From: a virus
Lineage: Duplodnaviria; Caudoviricetes
Direction: 5' to 3' (one strand)
Length of the DNA stretch: 60,826 bases
Virus record (IMG/VR): IMGVR_UViG_3300037670_000034
Location: 1-60,826 of that record
In this document: piece after piece, positions 38,210 to 47,265 of the stretch
Numbering within the stretch: the first letter of the stretch is position 1
Layout of the letters: every line of letters starts with the position of its first letter
Made by a program: the position numbers and the translations under genes
Notes under the pieces: generated by a model
Seen by the model: the letters and a program-made list of their open reading frames with translations, nothing else
The model's database searches: none
Told to the model about the DNA's origin: nothing

Positions 38210-38523
38210 GCTGGCACCTCGCTGGACTTCTCGCGCTCAGGGGTGAAGTCGCCGCGCAGCGGCATCAAAGATCGTTCCCGGAAAAGGGCATGACCTTCCT
38301 CGAAGAAAGCCTGGCCATCGCTGTGGCGAACACCCATACCCTTGACGTTACCCACGCATAGCCAGCCTTCTCCCGTCGAATAGCGGGTTTCGCCGTTGCT
38401 CGGAGCCACATACAGGTCACCAGGCGTCAGGTACTGAACCAGTTCGACAACGCGCCCGATGTTCTCCGGCACCTGCTTGCACCTGACGACAAGTGCCTCG
38501 TCTCCAACCTTGAACTGGCTCAC
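38206..38523 (-). CDS. Hypothetical protein
   Basis: FKVGDEALVV..NIGRVVEL..LMPLRGD. Confidence 0.7.
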   Translation of the reverse strand: MSQFKVGDEALVVRCKQVPENIGRVVELVQYLTPGDLYVAPSNGETRYSTGEGWLCVGNVKGMGVRHSDGQAFFEEGHALFRERSLMPLRGDFTPEREKSSEVPA

Positions 38524-39086
38524 TGCTCACGCTCCCCAGGCATCAGGTCAGTCATGCGTTCGATGCCCTCTTCCGTCATGTCCGGCCAGTAGACGGCGAT
38601 CAGGTGCTGGCAGATGCCCCGCCAGAACTCTTTGAAGCGCTCTTCGGTCATGTAGTCGAAGGCGATCGACTCCGGCACCTGGCGCATGACGCGGCCCAGG
38701 TCGGGAATGTCGAAGGCTTCGAATGAGCAGCACACGCCTGCGTCGAGCTGCAGTTTCTTGATGGTGGTGTGGGCGTCGAGCCCCTGGAACTTGTCGACCT
38801 GCTCGGCCACCACCCGGCCGAGGGCGTGCACCAGCCTATGGAATTTCACATTCCTGGCTTGCTTGATCTCGCAGCGGACCTGATCGTTGATCCGATACTC
38901 GCGCTCTTTGCACAGGAAACGGTCGATGCTGCTGTCGGCCACCAGGGCCTTTAGCACCTCACCGGTTTCCTGATCGACTACGGCGCGCCAGCGCATGTAG
39001 ATCGGGCGCTGGGCACGTGCCTGGCGCTTCTTCTTGGCCTCTGGTGTCTCAGCCTTTGGTCTTGTGGCTGTCGCTGCCTTACCCAT
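38520..39086 (-). CDS. NinB/DUF1367-like protein
   Basis: RNVKFHRL..PESIAFDYMTEERF. Confidence 0.7.
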   Translation of the reverse strand: MGKAATATRPKAETPEAKKKRQARAQRPIYMRWRAVVDQETGEVLKALVADSSIDRFLCKEREYRINDQVRCEIKQARNVKFHRLVHALGRVVAEQVDKFQGLDAHTTIKKLQLDAGVCCSFEAFDIPDLGRVMRQVPESIAFDYMTEERFKEFWRGICQHLIAVYWPDMTEEGIERMTDLMPGEREQ

Positions 39087-39393
39087 GGCGCACCCCCTGC
39101 TGATCTGTGTTCAGGGCCGGCTGATCCCAGCCATAGGCACGGTTGAAGCACAGGGCGCACATGCGTATGTACTGGGCGCCAACGGCGCTCACCGGCTCGA
39201 CCTGGCCGCGAATGTCATAGAAGCGATCGCCGATCTTGGTGATGACGTGATCGCTGTCATACCAGGGCTCAGCATCAGGAAACGCCTGCTTGAGCAGCAG
39301 ATAAACCCGGAAACAGCCTCCATTCAGGCCGTACCGAGCCATATCCGGGTGCACGTCGCGCAGGGCAGCGAGGAATGCGAGTACGTCAGCCAT
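39079..39393 (-). CDS. Small protein with a Cys-His-Asp (transglutaminase/papain-like) pattern
   Basis: NGGCF..DHVITKI..FYDIRG. Confidence 0.55.
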   Translation of the reverse strand: MADVLAFLAALRDVHPDMARYGLNGGCFRVYLLLKQAFPDAEPWYDSDHVITKIGDRFYDIRGQVEPVSAVGAQYIRMCALCFNRAYGWDQPALNTDQQGVRHG

Positions 39394-39724
39394 TGGCGCC
39401 ACCCTCGGCCATCGCCCTGTCGATAGATCGATCCACGTCCGACTGACGGAAGCGAACGCCAGTCATCCAGATCGGGGTACTCAGGTAGAATGGATGCGCG
39501 TTTTCGCTTTTGTCGCGCAGCCACAGATACCGCGCTGAGTTCGCACGCAGCCGGCCATTCTCTTCCAGCAGCGACAGGATCTCCTGCGGCTCAGTCAGGC
39601 GCTGGTACTCTTCGATCTGCGCCGGCAGCAGGGCTGCCTGTTCAGCAGTGAAGTCTTCGCCGTGCGCATCGCGGAGCATGATCAGCGCCAGTTCGTGCAG
39701 GCGCTTTTGCTGTTCTGCGTTCAC
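39386..39724 (-). CDS. Hypothetical (Ead/Ea22-like) protein
   Basis: PQEILSLLEEN..NSARYLWLRD. Confidence 0.6.
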   Translation of the reverse strand: MNAEQQKRLHELALIMLRDAHGEDFTAEQAALLPAQIEEYQRLTEPQEILSLLEENGRLRANSARYLWLRDKSENAHPFYLSTPIWMTGVRFRQSDVDRSIDRAMAEGGANG

Positions 39725-39957
39725 TGGTCCACCTCCTGCACCAGGGCAATGATGCTTTCCACGCCCTTGGCGAAGCTGGCAGGCTTGGATTGCATGCACT
39801 GGCGCAGGCGTTCGACCAGTTGCGGCCGGCCACCCTGCAGCTCGAGCAGCAGGCGACCATCGCGGACGATATCGAGCGCGTGCTTGCGGCCTTCGAGGTA
39901 TCCAACTCGGTCGAAGTGGCCCTTCTGGGCGATTGGCAGATGGGCGAGCATGTTCAT
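39721..39957 (-). CDS. Hypothetical protein
   Basis: Coupled ORF. Confidence 0.6.
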   Translation of the reverse strand: MNMLAHLPIAQKGHFDRVGYLEGRKHALDIVRDGRLLLELQGGRPQLVERLRQCMQSKPASFAKGVESIIALVQEVDQ

Positions 39958-40421
39958 TTGGTACCGCCTTCGACCAAGGCGGCCGGAACAGACACTACGT
40001 CGCCCAGTTCGAACTGCACGATGGCACGCATAGCCGCCACCAGAGGCTGGTCCGGATGATTGAACGAACGGCGGCGATGCTTGCGCTCATTGCCGAAGAT
40101 CGTGGCACCCCAGACGCCTGACTCATACCAGCCATTGCGCTCGTCGAAGTTGCCGTAGTTGCGGTGCACCATGCTCTTGGGTGGACTGAGCAGGACGCCA
40201 TACTTCTGGGTCAGCGGGCCGCCCTGGCTCCAGTCACTGGTTGGCGATAAGGTCAACGTCTGCGGGCTGTCCTCTTCCTCTGGCTCACAGAAACGCACAT
40301 CGCAGGTTCCGTCGGTGTAGTTCCAAATCTGCAGGCCGTATGCACCAACAGCAGTACCTACAGCCCAATCCAGCGCCAACCCGGTCAAATCCCCGACCTT
40401 CACCTCGATCATGTCACTCAC
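39954..40421 (-). CDS. NinX/DUF2591-family protein
   Basis: LTGLALDWAV..SPTSDWSQGGPL..PLVAAMRAIV..LGDVV. Confidence 0.85.
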   Translation of the reverse strand: MSDMIEVKVGDLTGLALDWAVGTAVGAYGLQIWNYTDGTCDVRFCEPEEEDSPQTLTLSPTSDWSQGGPLTQKYGVLLSPPKSMVHRNYGNFDERNGWYESGVWGATIFGNERKHRRRSFNHPDQPLVAAMRAIVQFELGDVVSVPAALVEGGTK

Positions 40422-40591
40422 CGCACACCTCCCCGGCCGATCACGGCCAAACGCCCGTCGGCCACCAGCACACGGCGCTGGCCACGGATCAGAATCAGTT
40501 GGTCACCCTCACGCGCTACGCAGTAGTTGCGCGAGAGCAGGAAATCGACGGACTCCCGCAGATCGCTCTGCAGGCGGCGCTCAAGCTTCAT
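40418..40591 (-). CDS. Hypothetical protein
   Basis: 57-aa coupled ORF MKLERRL. Confidence 0.5.
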   Translation of the reverse strand: MKLERRLQSDLRESVDFLLSRNYCVAREGDQLILIRGQRRVLVADGRLAVIGRGGVR

Positions 40592-41330
40592 GGTTGTCAC
40601 CTCGGCGGATGCGGAGCTTGGCCAGCAACTGCTGGCGGGCCTGTTCTCCGGTGAGTTTGTCCAGGCCCTGCACGCGCATGACGCGCTGCACGAACCGTTC
40701 ACCGCGGCGCTCGGCCTGCTCTGGCGTCAGTTCGCGGCCTTCGCTCTGGTCTTCGATGCCCTGGCGCGGCTGTTCCAGCGGCAGGCCCAGCGATGCACGG
40801 CGGCGCAGCTGGTAGTACGCATGGTCGAAACGCTTGCGCAGCGTCTCTTCGGGAATGCTGCTGCAGCGCAGGTTGAACCAGCCGACGGCCTCGCCAGCCA
40901 GGCGCACAGCCTCATGGCTCCAGTTGTGCCGGCCAGGGTTCGTGCAGTGGCGCACCACCTCACGCCAGGCAATATCGTCTGCCGGAAAACCCAGATCCTC
41001 GGCAGTCGGCGTGCACAGCTTCACGAACTTGCCCACGCTGGGCGCGAAGTCGGTTTCGAGTTGGCGGCACGCCTCGATGCCGTACCGCAGTTGTTCGATG
41101 GTGAAGATTCCGGACTTCATGAAGCCCTTCACCCAGGTGCGCTTCGCACGCTTCTCTGCGTCCTCGTTCGGCCAGGCCTGGCGCCATGCCGGGAAGATGC
41201 TTTTCAGCTCGTCGAACAGCGTGTTCACGATGCGCGCCGTCTCGGCATTCGGCTTCTTGGCCACGTTGTCGCGGACCTGCTCAGCAGGCAGGTTCGGCAG
41301 CGTCTTCACCACGTCGATTGCGGGTTTCAT
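40581..41330 (-). CDS. Replication protein P-like helicase loader
   Basis: LFDELKSIFPAW..AKRTW..FAPSVGKFVKLC. Confidence 0.85.
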   Translation of the reverse strand: MKPAIDVVKTLPNLPAEQVRDNVAKKPNAETARIVNTLFDELKSIFPAWRQAWPNEDAEKRAKRTWVKGFMKSGIFTIEQLRYGIEACRQLETDFAPSVGKFVKLCTPTAEDLGFPADDIAWREVVRHCTNPGRHNWSHEAVRLAGEAVGWFNLRCSSIPEETLRKRFDHAYYQLRRRASLGLPLEQPRQGIEDQSEGRELTPEQAERRGERFVQRVMRVQGLDKLTGEQARQQLLAKLRIRRGDNHEA

Positions 41331-42289
41331 ACACCATCGTCCTCTTCGATCCAGTCCACGTCGTTAGCGCCCTTCTTCACCGGCTTGGCCAGCCCTCGCT
41401 CTACCAGCCTGGCCTGCGAGGTACGCATCCAGCGTTGCCAGGTGGCCTTCCAGTCAGCCATTGGCTTGCCGTTGCCCTTCCAGTAGTCGAGGAACTGCTC
41501 CAGCTCCCAATCCAGATTCACGTCGGGCGCCTTCTCCTTCGCCCAATCCAGCATTTCGGTTGTCACCAAGAACGGCAGCGGTAGCGGCCTCTTCGGCTTG
41601 GCGCGTGAGCCTTCCGCCGCCGGCTTCTTCGCCGGCTGTCCCTGTGACTGGTCACCAAGGGGGACTACAGGGGGTTCTATTCCCTCTCCCTGTCCCTTCC
41701 CTGTCCCTCTCTTAGCCGTGACATGTCCGTGACCTGTCACCGTGACATGTGCGTGACCGGTCACACCGTCACCGCCCTGCTCAAGCGCCGCGAACGCCTC
41801 GCGCAGCACGCTGGTCGGTGTGTTCCACGCCAGCACCTGGCCTGCGCTACGCAACGCTTCAAACATCACCGCGCGGTCCTCTCGCTCCTTGCGCTTGCGC
41901 TCGCTCTCGTTCGCCTTCGCCGTCCTGTGCTCGACTCGCTGCGCCCAGGCGTCTATCGCCTTCTCTGCGACCACGGGGTGGTACAGGCGCCCGTCTGAGC
42001 ACTTCACGAACCCGCGCAGCGCGCCATCGCGCACCTTCTTCCAGATCTTCAGGTCACGGCCGAACCCTGCATAAGCAGCCAGGGCCTGTTCGGCATCCGG
42101 CAAAGAGCCGGCCGGTACCTGATTCCAACTTGCGCACCACAGCAGCACCGCGGCGCGGAACTCGTCACCGCTCGCCTCGATCGCCAGGTCGCTGTCACGC
42201 AGCCTGTTCACATCCAGCGGCATGAACGGCAACCCACGCAGATCAACGTCAGCAGGCACCAGCGGCGCCGGCAGATCAGTGGCTGTCAT
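41327..42289 (-). CDS. Replication initiator (DUF1376/YdaU-like)
   Basis: FMPLDVNRLRDS..LLWCASW.QVPAGSLPD; C-terminal FLDYW..DWKATWQRW. Confidence 0.85.
   Translation of the reverse strand: MTATDLPAPLVPADVDLRGLPFMPLDVNRLRDSDLAIEASGDEFRAAVLLWCASWNQVPAGSLPDAEQALAAYAGFGRDLKIWKKVRDGALRGFVKCSDGRLYHPVVAEKAIDAWAQRVEHRTAKANESERKRKEREDRAVMFEALRSAGQVLAWNTPTSVLREAFAALEQGGDGVTGHAHVTVTGHGHVTAKRGTGKGQGEGIEPPVVPLGDQSQGQPAKKPAAEGSRAKPKRPLPLPFLVTTEMLDWAKEKAPDVNLDWELEQFLDYWKGNGKPMADWKATWQRWMRTSQARLVERGLAKPVKKGANDVDWIEEDDGV
41717..41772. repeat. Putative replication origin iterons inside the initiator gene
   Basis: Two 24-bp direct repeats (CGTGACATGTCCGTGACCTGTCAC / CGTGACATGTGCGTGACCGGTCAC) beside a pyrimidine-rich tract. 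Confidence 0.7.
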
Positions 42290-42464
42290 CAGCACCCTCG
42301 GCAGCCAGGTAGTCGGTGACGATCTGCACTGTCGCCTGCTCGGGTGTCATGCCCTTGCTGCGCGCGTAGTGCTCAAGCCTGATGCGCTGCACCGCAGGCA
42401 TTTCCGCCATCGACTCGCGCGCCAGATCGTCGATCTGTTCCGGTGTTGGTGTTGTCATGCCCAT
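42276..42464 (-). CDS. Small hypothetical protein, possibly DNA-binding
   Basis: MGMTTPTPEQ..LEHYARSKGMTPEQA. Confidence 0.55.
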   Translation of the reverse strand: MGMTTPTPEQIDDLARESMAEMPAVQRIRLEHYARSKGMTPEQATVQIVTDYLAAEGADDSH

Positions 42465-42483
42465 AAGGGCCTCCCGAGGGCCT

Positions 42484-42657
42484 TCAGGCCGCTGCACTGG
42501 TTGCTTTACGCTCTTCCTCGTCGAGCCAACGCTCGACGATTTCCCGCACAAGTACCGCGCGGCGTTTCCGCTGCTTACGGCACTGGTCCTCGATGCGATC
42601 GAGGGTTTCATCGTCGAAACGCGCCTTGATTTCGTTGTGCTTCACCGGGGGAAACAT
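42484..42657 (-). CDS. Ribbon-helix-helix regulator at the cII position (not in ORF track)
   Basis: MFPPVKHNEIKARFDDETLDRIEDQC..RAVLVREIVERWL; AGGAG RBS. Confidence 0.75.
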   Translation of the reverse strand: MFPPVKHNEIKARFDDETLDRIEDQCRKQRKRRAVLVREIVERWLDEEERKATSAAA

Positions 42658-42667
42658 GCAGAACTCC

Positions 42668-42913
42668 TTACGCCACCTCTTGGGCCGGCACCTGATCCAT
42701 GAACCTTTCTGGGTACAAGATCTGGAGTTCTGTCAGTTCGCCGCCGAAGACCAGGCACAACTTCTCGGCCAGCCCCGGCGAAGCGGTTTGTTTGCCGCGC
42801 TCAATGCGGGAGAGGTTCCCGGTATCGAGGCTGCAGTTGATTTCGTGCAAGCGGTCGACGACGTGCTGCAGACGCCATCCACGCTGCTTGCGTGCTTTTC
42901 GCAAAGGGGACAT
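42668..42913 (-). CDS. cro: Cro-like HTH repressor
   Basis: MSPLRKAR..DTGNLSRIERG; divergent from cI. Confidence 0.85.
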   Translation of the reverse strand: MSPLRKARKQRGWRLQHVVDRLHEINCSLDTGNLSRIERGKQTASPGLAEKLCLVFGGELTELQILYPERFMDQVPAQEVA

Positions 42914-42945
42914 GCAACACCTCCTAGGTGGTCTCCTGAAAATAT

Positions 42946-42996
42946 TCTGCTCTATAAGCAGATTGCACGGCAAGCAGAATCTGCGCAACAAGCTTT
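42946..42996. promoter_or_regulatory. OR-like operators
   Basis: TCTGCTCTATAAGCAGA plus adjacent degenerate copies. Confidence 0.7.
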
Positions 42997-43029
42997 GTCG
43001 TCTGCGCTGGACTCAAGGAAAATTGGCGT

Positions 43030-43662
43030 ATGAAGATTGGCGCAACTATTCGAGCTGCACGCAAAGCGAAGAAATGGACGCTGGAACGTCTCGCACATGA
43101 AGCGGGTACTGACACCGGCAACCTTTCTCGCTTGGAGCGTGATATGCAGGGAGCAAACAAGGATCTCCTAGAGAGAATCCTGCAGCTCCTTGATATCTCT
43201 TTGGGCGGCTCTCAGAACTTCGACACCAATATCAGCGAGGCCCTGCACGTTAAAGGACGGGTGCCGCTGATCTCTTGGGTTCAGGCAGGCTGCTGGAGTG
43301 AGGTGTCCGATATCTACGCGGTTGGCGACGCCGAAGAATGGCTGCCCTGCCCCGCAGCCCACGGGCCGCGGACCTTCGCCCTGCGGGTGCGCGGACTATC
43401 CATGTACAACCCGAGCGAACGCCACTCCTTCAACGATGGCGATATCATTTTCGTCGATCCAGATCGCGATGCGATTCACAAGTCGCTGATCGTGGCCAAG
43501 CTCACCGACACCCAGGAAGCCACCTTCAAACAACTGCTTATCGAAGGTGATCAGCGATTCCTTATGGCCCTTAACCCGTCCTGGCCGAATCGTATCTTCG
43601 GTATCAATGGCAACGCAGAGATATGCGGTGTCGCGATCGCCAAGCATGAGCCTCTGATCTAG
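43030..43662 (+). CDS. cI: CI-like repressor (HTH plus S24 peptidase)
   Basis: HTH; VPLISWVQAG cleavage region; VRGLSM; ATFKQL. Confidence 0.93.
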   Translation: MKIGATIRAARKAKKWTLERLAHEAGTDTGNLSRLERDMQGANKDLLERILQLLDISLGGSQNFDTNISEALHVKGRVPLISWVQAGCWSEVSDIYAVGDAEEWLPCPAAHGPRTFALRVRGLSMYNPSERHSFNDGDIIFVDPDRDAIHKSLIVAKLTDTQEATFKQLLIEGDQRFLMALNPSWPNRIFGINGNAEICGVAIAKHEPLI

Positions 43663-43686
43663 CCCTCACCCCGAATAGCACAAACC

Positions 43687-43714
43687 AAGCCCGCCATTGA
43701 GCGGGCTTTTTTTT
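43687..43714 (+). terminator. Intrinsic terminator after cI
   Basis: AAGCCCGC-CATTGA-GCGGGC followed by T8. Confidence 0.85.
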
Positions 43715-43729
43715 GCGACCTTTCTATTT

Positions 43730-43793
43730 TCTGCTCTTGACACAGATTTGAGTCTGCTCATAATGCAAACCATAAATCTGCTCTTTAAGCAGA
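43730..43793 (+). promoter_or_regulatory. PL/OL: three 17-bp operators overlapping TTGACA-16-CATAAT
   Basis: TCTGCTCTTGACACAGA, TCTGCTCATAATGCAAA, TCTGCTCTTTAAGCAGA. Confidence 0.8.
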
Positions 43794-43809
43794 ATTTGCG
43801 AGGTCGAGA

Positions 43810-44169
43810 ATGTATCTGCATCCCGAAAAGATCAACAGCGCACAGCCGCTTCCGTATCCGGGTCTGCCGGAGCGTGAGGCAATCCGCAAGCGCGCACTGG
43901 GCATCATGCAGCGCCAGGTGCTGAACGAGCTGCAGCAGGGCGAACCGAAGCTGTGCCACGCCTTCACCCAGTTCTGCACCGATCGCTTCGACGAAGCCAC
44001 CAGCTATGCCCTGTGCGTCTCTCGCATCGTTGGCGACAAGGCCGAGCAAAAGAAGGCCGACAAGCTGGTCACCGATCATGTCGAGAAGTGCCGCCCGCTC
44101 TTCGTAGCCGAAGAAGTCGAGCGCCGCATCATCGGCGCCAAGCTCGAAGCCCTGGGCCTGCAGCCATGA
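43810..44169 (+). CDS. Hypothetical early protein
   Basis: First ORF after PL. Confidence 0.7.
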   Translation: MYLHPEKINSAQPLPYPGLPEREAIRKRALGIMQRQVLNELQQGEPKLCHAFTQFCTDRFDEATSYALCVSRIVGDKAEQKKADKLVTDHVEKCRPLFVAEEVERRIIGAKLEALGLQP

Positions 44170-44318
44170 ACCGCAGCGACGCATGGCGCCGGAACCTCGA
44201 TCCGCGCGATCCCAACTACCTCGATCCGCTCGACGAAACCGAGCAGGCCGAGCAAGAGGATGACCAAGCCTGGCTGGCCGAGTGCCGCGAGCAGGATGCA
44301 GAGGTGGCTTATGTCTAA
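44166..44318 (+). CDS. Small acidic hypothetical protein
   Basis: ATGA-coupled; DPRDPNYLDP. Confidence 0.55.
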   Translation: MNRSDAWRRNLDPRDPNYLDPLDETEQAEQEDDQAWLAECREQDAEVAYV

Positions 44319-44538
44319 GGCAGCCCACTACCGCGCCCCCGCTACTGGTCAGTTCATTTCTGAGAAGACCGCGAAACACCTCGACCTGATGTTCATGGCT
44401 GAGGACTTCAAGCGCTGGGCCCTCCAAGCATCTGCAACTGGCCGTAAGGACGAAGCGCGCGATATGGCTCGTCGTCACAACGAACTGAAGCGTGAAGCTC
44501 AGGCAGCACTTCGTGATGCGGAGGTGGCCCATGTCTGA
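44311..44538 (+). CDS. Hypothetical protein
   Basis: GAGGTG RBS. Confidence 0.6.
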   Translation: MSKAAHYRAPATGQFISEKTAKHLDLMFMAEDFKRWALQASATGRKDEARDMARRHNELKREAQAALRDAEVAHV

Positions 44539-44782
44539 CTGGAGCAAAGCCAAGGCCCGCCAGGTGATCGACAACCAGATCGCATTCGAGGGCAAGTCGC
44601 AGATGCCATCCCAGCAGAGCGGCGAGGGAATGATCCAGTTGGCCTATGCCCTCGGCCTGCTGACCGATCAGGAACTGCAAGGCCTGACCGACCAGCTCAC
44701 CGAAACCGTGAAGGCTCGCCGCAAGCAACTGCGCGACAACCAGAACGCGGCCCTGCTGGGCCTGGGGGTGCCTCATGCCTAA
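44531..44782 (+). CDS. Hypothetical protein
   Basis: GGAGGTG RBS; EGMIQLAYALGLL. Confidence 0.65.
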   Translation: MSDWSKAKARQVIDNQIAFEGKSQMPSQQSGEGMIQLAYALGLLTDQELQGLTDQLTETVKARRKQLRDNQNAALLGLGVPHA

Positions 44783-44915
44783 CCCATTCACAGGCACCAG
44801 TTTCGCCGAGGCATTCGCCCGCGCCACTGCGGCCGGCGTGACCGATATCCGCCAGATCAAGCGAACCGTCCGCCGCCGCGGCACTTGGTTCATCACCTGC
44901 GAGGTGCCGTCATGA
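44775..44915 (+). CDS. Small hypothetical protein
   Basis: 46 aa, coupled. Confidence 0.5.
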   Translation: MPNPFTGTSFAEAFARATAAGVTDIRQIKRTVRRRGTWFITCEVPS

Positions 44916-45019
44916 GCCGTTTCACGAAAGACGCCCTGCGCGCTGCCGCTGTGTGGCTCGCCATCTGGGGCGCCTGCATGGCAGCAGCCCTGATCACGTA
45001 CGGAGTACCGCACGCATGA
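44912..45019 (+). CDS. Small membrane peptide
   Basis: 35 aa, one TM segment, ATGA-coupled on both sides. Confidence 0.5.
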   Translation: MSRFTKDALRAAAVWLAIWGACMAAALITYGVPHA

Positions 45020-45246
45020 CAACAACAGCCACAGCACAGGACAGCCTGATCCGCCTGCCCGAAGTGCTGAAGAGAACCGGCCTGTCGCGCAGCTCGGTTT
45101 ACCGACTGCTCGACGCCGGCGACTTCCCGGCCAAGCGGAAGCTGATGGGAACCGGCCGCAGTTCTCCCGTCTGCTTCTCGGCAAACGAGGTGCAGGCCTG
45201 GATCGATCAACGCAAGAACCCCGCCAACGACGGCGAAGAACAGTAG
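45016..45246 (+). CDS. AlpA-family regulator/excisionase
   Basis: LIRLPEVLKRTGLSRSSVY..FP..EVQAWI. Confidence 0.88.
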   Translation: MTTTATAQDSLIRLPEVLKRTGLSRSSVYRLLDAGDFPAKRKLMGTGRSSPVCFSANEVQAWIDQRKNPANDGEEQ

Positions 45247-45256
45247 GACGGCAACC

Positions 45257-46027
45257 ATGGCAACTCAGGACAAAGTCGCGCCGAAGATGGCGTTGTGGGA
45301 ATCGGTGAAAACCACCGACAAGGACTTCACCAAAACTCAGAAGTTGGAAGGCCGCGACGTTACCAGCATCAACGGCATGTATGTCGTTCAGCGCGCCACC
45401 GAGACTTTCGGCCCGATCGGCAAGGGCTGGGGCTACGAGATCCTTGCGGATCGCTTCGACCAGGGCGCCCCGATCAGGGACAAGAAGACTGGCGAAGTGA
45501 TCGCCCATGAGCAGATGCACACCATCCTGCTGAAGCTCTGGTACGTGCATGGCGGCAAGCGGAACAACGTCACTCAGTACGGGCACACCCCTTTCGTTCG
45601 TGAAGGCTCATGGGGGCCATACACCGACTTCGATGCCCCGAAGAAGAGCCTCACCGATGCCATCAAAAAGTGCCTGAGCCTGCTCGGCTTCTGCGCTGAC
45701 GTGCACCTCGGCATGTTCGAGGACGAGATCTACCTGCAAGGCCTCGACCTGAAGAAGCGCCTGGAAGAAGCCGGCGAAGGCGGCAAGCAGGAAGTTATGA
45801 ACGAGGCAAAGGCTGACTTCCGCGCGTGGGTTGAAACCCAGATCGAAGTGATTGAAGCCACCAACAACCAGCGCGCGCTGGAATCCATGCGCAAAACCAT
45901 CTGCGAGAAGGCTCGCGAGAAAGCAAAGGTCGTGAACTACGACCCCGCCGAAGTAGAGCGCCGCATCAACGAGGCTGCCGACGAGCGCCTGCAGTACCTC
46001 AACGACAAGTACCCGGCCGGTAAGTAA
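45257..46027 (+). CDS. Rad52/Sak-like single-strand annealing protein
   Basis: TETFGPIGKGWGY; DAPKKSLTDAIKKCLSLLGFCADVHLG. Confidence 0.75.
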   Translation: MATQDKVAPKMALWESVKTTDKDFTKTQKLEGRDVTSINGMYVVQRATETFGPIGKGWGYEILADRFDQGAPIRDKKTGEVIAHEQMHTILLKLWYVHGGKRNNVTQYGHTPFVREGSWGPYTDFDAPKKSLTDAIKKCLSLLGFCADVHLGMFEDEIYLQGLDLKKRLEEAGEGGKQEVMNEAKADFRAWVETQIEVIEATNNQRALESMRKTICEKAREKAKVVNYDPAEVERRINEAADERLQYLNDKYPAGK

Positions 46028-46052
46028 CCCCATCCATCACGGAGAAGCAGAC

Positions 46053-47120
46053 ATGACCACTATGAATGACGTGAACCTCGAAACCGGCACCGTGAACATT
46101 GCCGTTTTCAACCAAACCGACGCAGCCCTGGCTGCGCTGCGCGAGAAGTATCAGGTCGTGCCTGATGCCAACACCGAAGACGGCTATGCCTTTGTCAAGG
46201 AAGGCATCAAGGAACTGACCACCCTGCGCACCCGCCTCGAGGCAGTGCGCAAAGAGGTGAAGGAACCCTACCTGCAGGCCGGTCGAATCATCGACACCGA
46301 AGCCAAGCGCATCACCACCGAGCTAACCAACTTGGAAGAGCCGATGAAGGCTGCGAAGAAAGAGGTCGATGATCGTGTCGAGCGCGAGCGCCAGGAACGT
46401 ATTGCCCGCCTGCAGGCGAAGGTCGACGCGATCAAGGCCATGCCCGGCCAGGTACGGGGCAAGAGCAGCCAGGAAATCGAGGCCATGTATGACCGCGTCG
46501 GCGAGATCGACGCCATGCATGACTTCTTCGACCTCACCCGCGAGGCCGTCGCCGCTCGCCAGGCTGCCCTGGATGAACTGACCCAGATGCTGACTGAGCG
46601 CCTGGAGTTCGAAGTGAACGAGAAAGCTCGCCTGCAGGCTGAAGCCGAGCGCGCCGAACTGCAACGCCAACTCAAGGCACAGCAGGAAGAGAACGATCGC
46701 ATCCTGCGCGAGCAGCAAGCCGAAATGCAGCGCCAGCAGGACGAGATCAAGCGTCAGCAGCAGGAAATGCAGCGTCAGCAGGACGAAATGCGCCAGCAGC
46801 GTGAAGCGCTAGAGCGTGCCCAGGCCGCCCTGCAACAGCCCGCACCTGCCGCCGAAGTCGCCCAGGTCGAAGCGCCAGCCGAAGTGGTCGCAGCCAAACC
46901 GGCACCGGCAACCAGCAAGGCCAAGCCCGACAACCGCCAATGGCACGCAGTGGTTACCGACAAGTCCGCGCTGATCGCTGCGATCGCCGAAGGCTTCGGC
47001 ACCGAGGATCTGCTGATCGTCGACCAGGCCGCCCTCGACAGCCTGGCCAACGACAAGCGCAACAGCCTGGAACTGCCGGGTGTTGTCGCCCAGCCGGTAC
47101 CGGCCACCCACGCCGCCTAA
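46053..47120 (+). CDS. Coiled-coil phage protein with Gln-rich heptad repeats
   Basis: RKEVKEPYL..IDTEAKRI; EMQRQQD repeats. Confidence 0.75.
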   Translation: MTTMNDVNLETGTVNIAVFNQTDAALAALREKYQVVPDANTEDGYAFVKEGIKELTTLRTRLEAVRKEVKEPYLQAGRIIDTEAKRITTELTNLEEPMKAAKKEVDDRVERERQERIARLQAKVDAIKAMPGQVRGKSSQEIEAMYDRVGEIDAMHDFFDLTREAVAARQAALDELTQMLTERLEFEVNEKARLQAEAERAELQRQLKAQQEENDRILREQQAEMQRQQDEIKRQQQEMQRQQDEMRQQREALERAQAALQQPAPAAEVAQVEAPAEVVAAKPAPATSKAKPDNRQWHAVVTDKSALIAAIAEGFGTEDLLIVDQAALDSLANDKRNSLELPGVVAQPVPATHAA

Positions 47121-47187
47121 CTCAATCCCTGAGTAACCGACCGCGCCGGACCATCCGGCGTGAGTTGGGGCTCCTTTGGAGAACGAA

Positions 47188-47265
47188 ATGTACAGATCAC
47201 TCAACGCATTCATGGGTTTCTACCTCGGTTTCGCACTGATAACCCTCATCGCCTTTTCGATGTAA
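47188..47265 (+). CDS. 25-aa hydrophobic peptide
   Basis: GGAGA RBS; MYRSLNAFMGFYLGFALITLIAFSM. Confidence 0.5.
   Translation: MYRSLNAFMGFYLGFALITLIAFSM

Noticed and set aside
40409-40421. GTGACAT at the ninX start
   Set aside because: Coincides with the coding start and has no upstream TTG at 16 nt.
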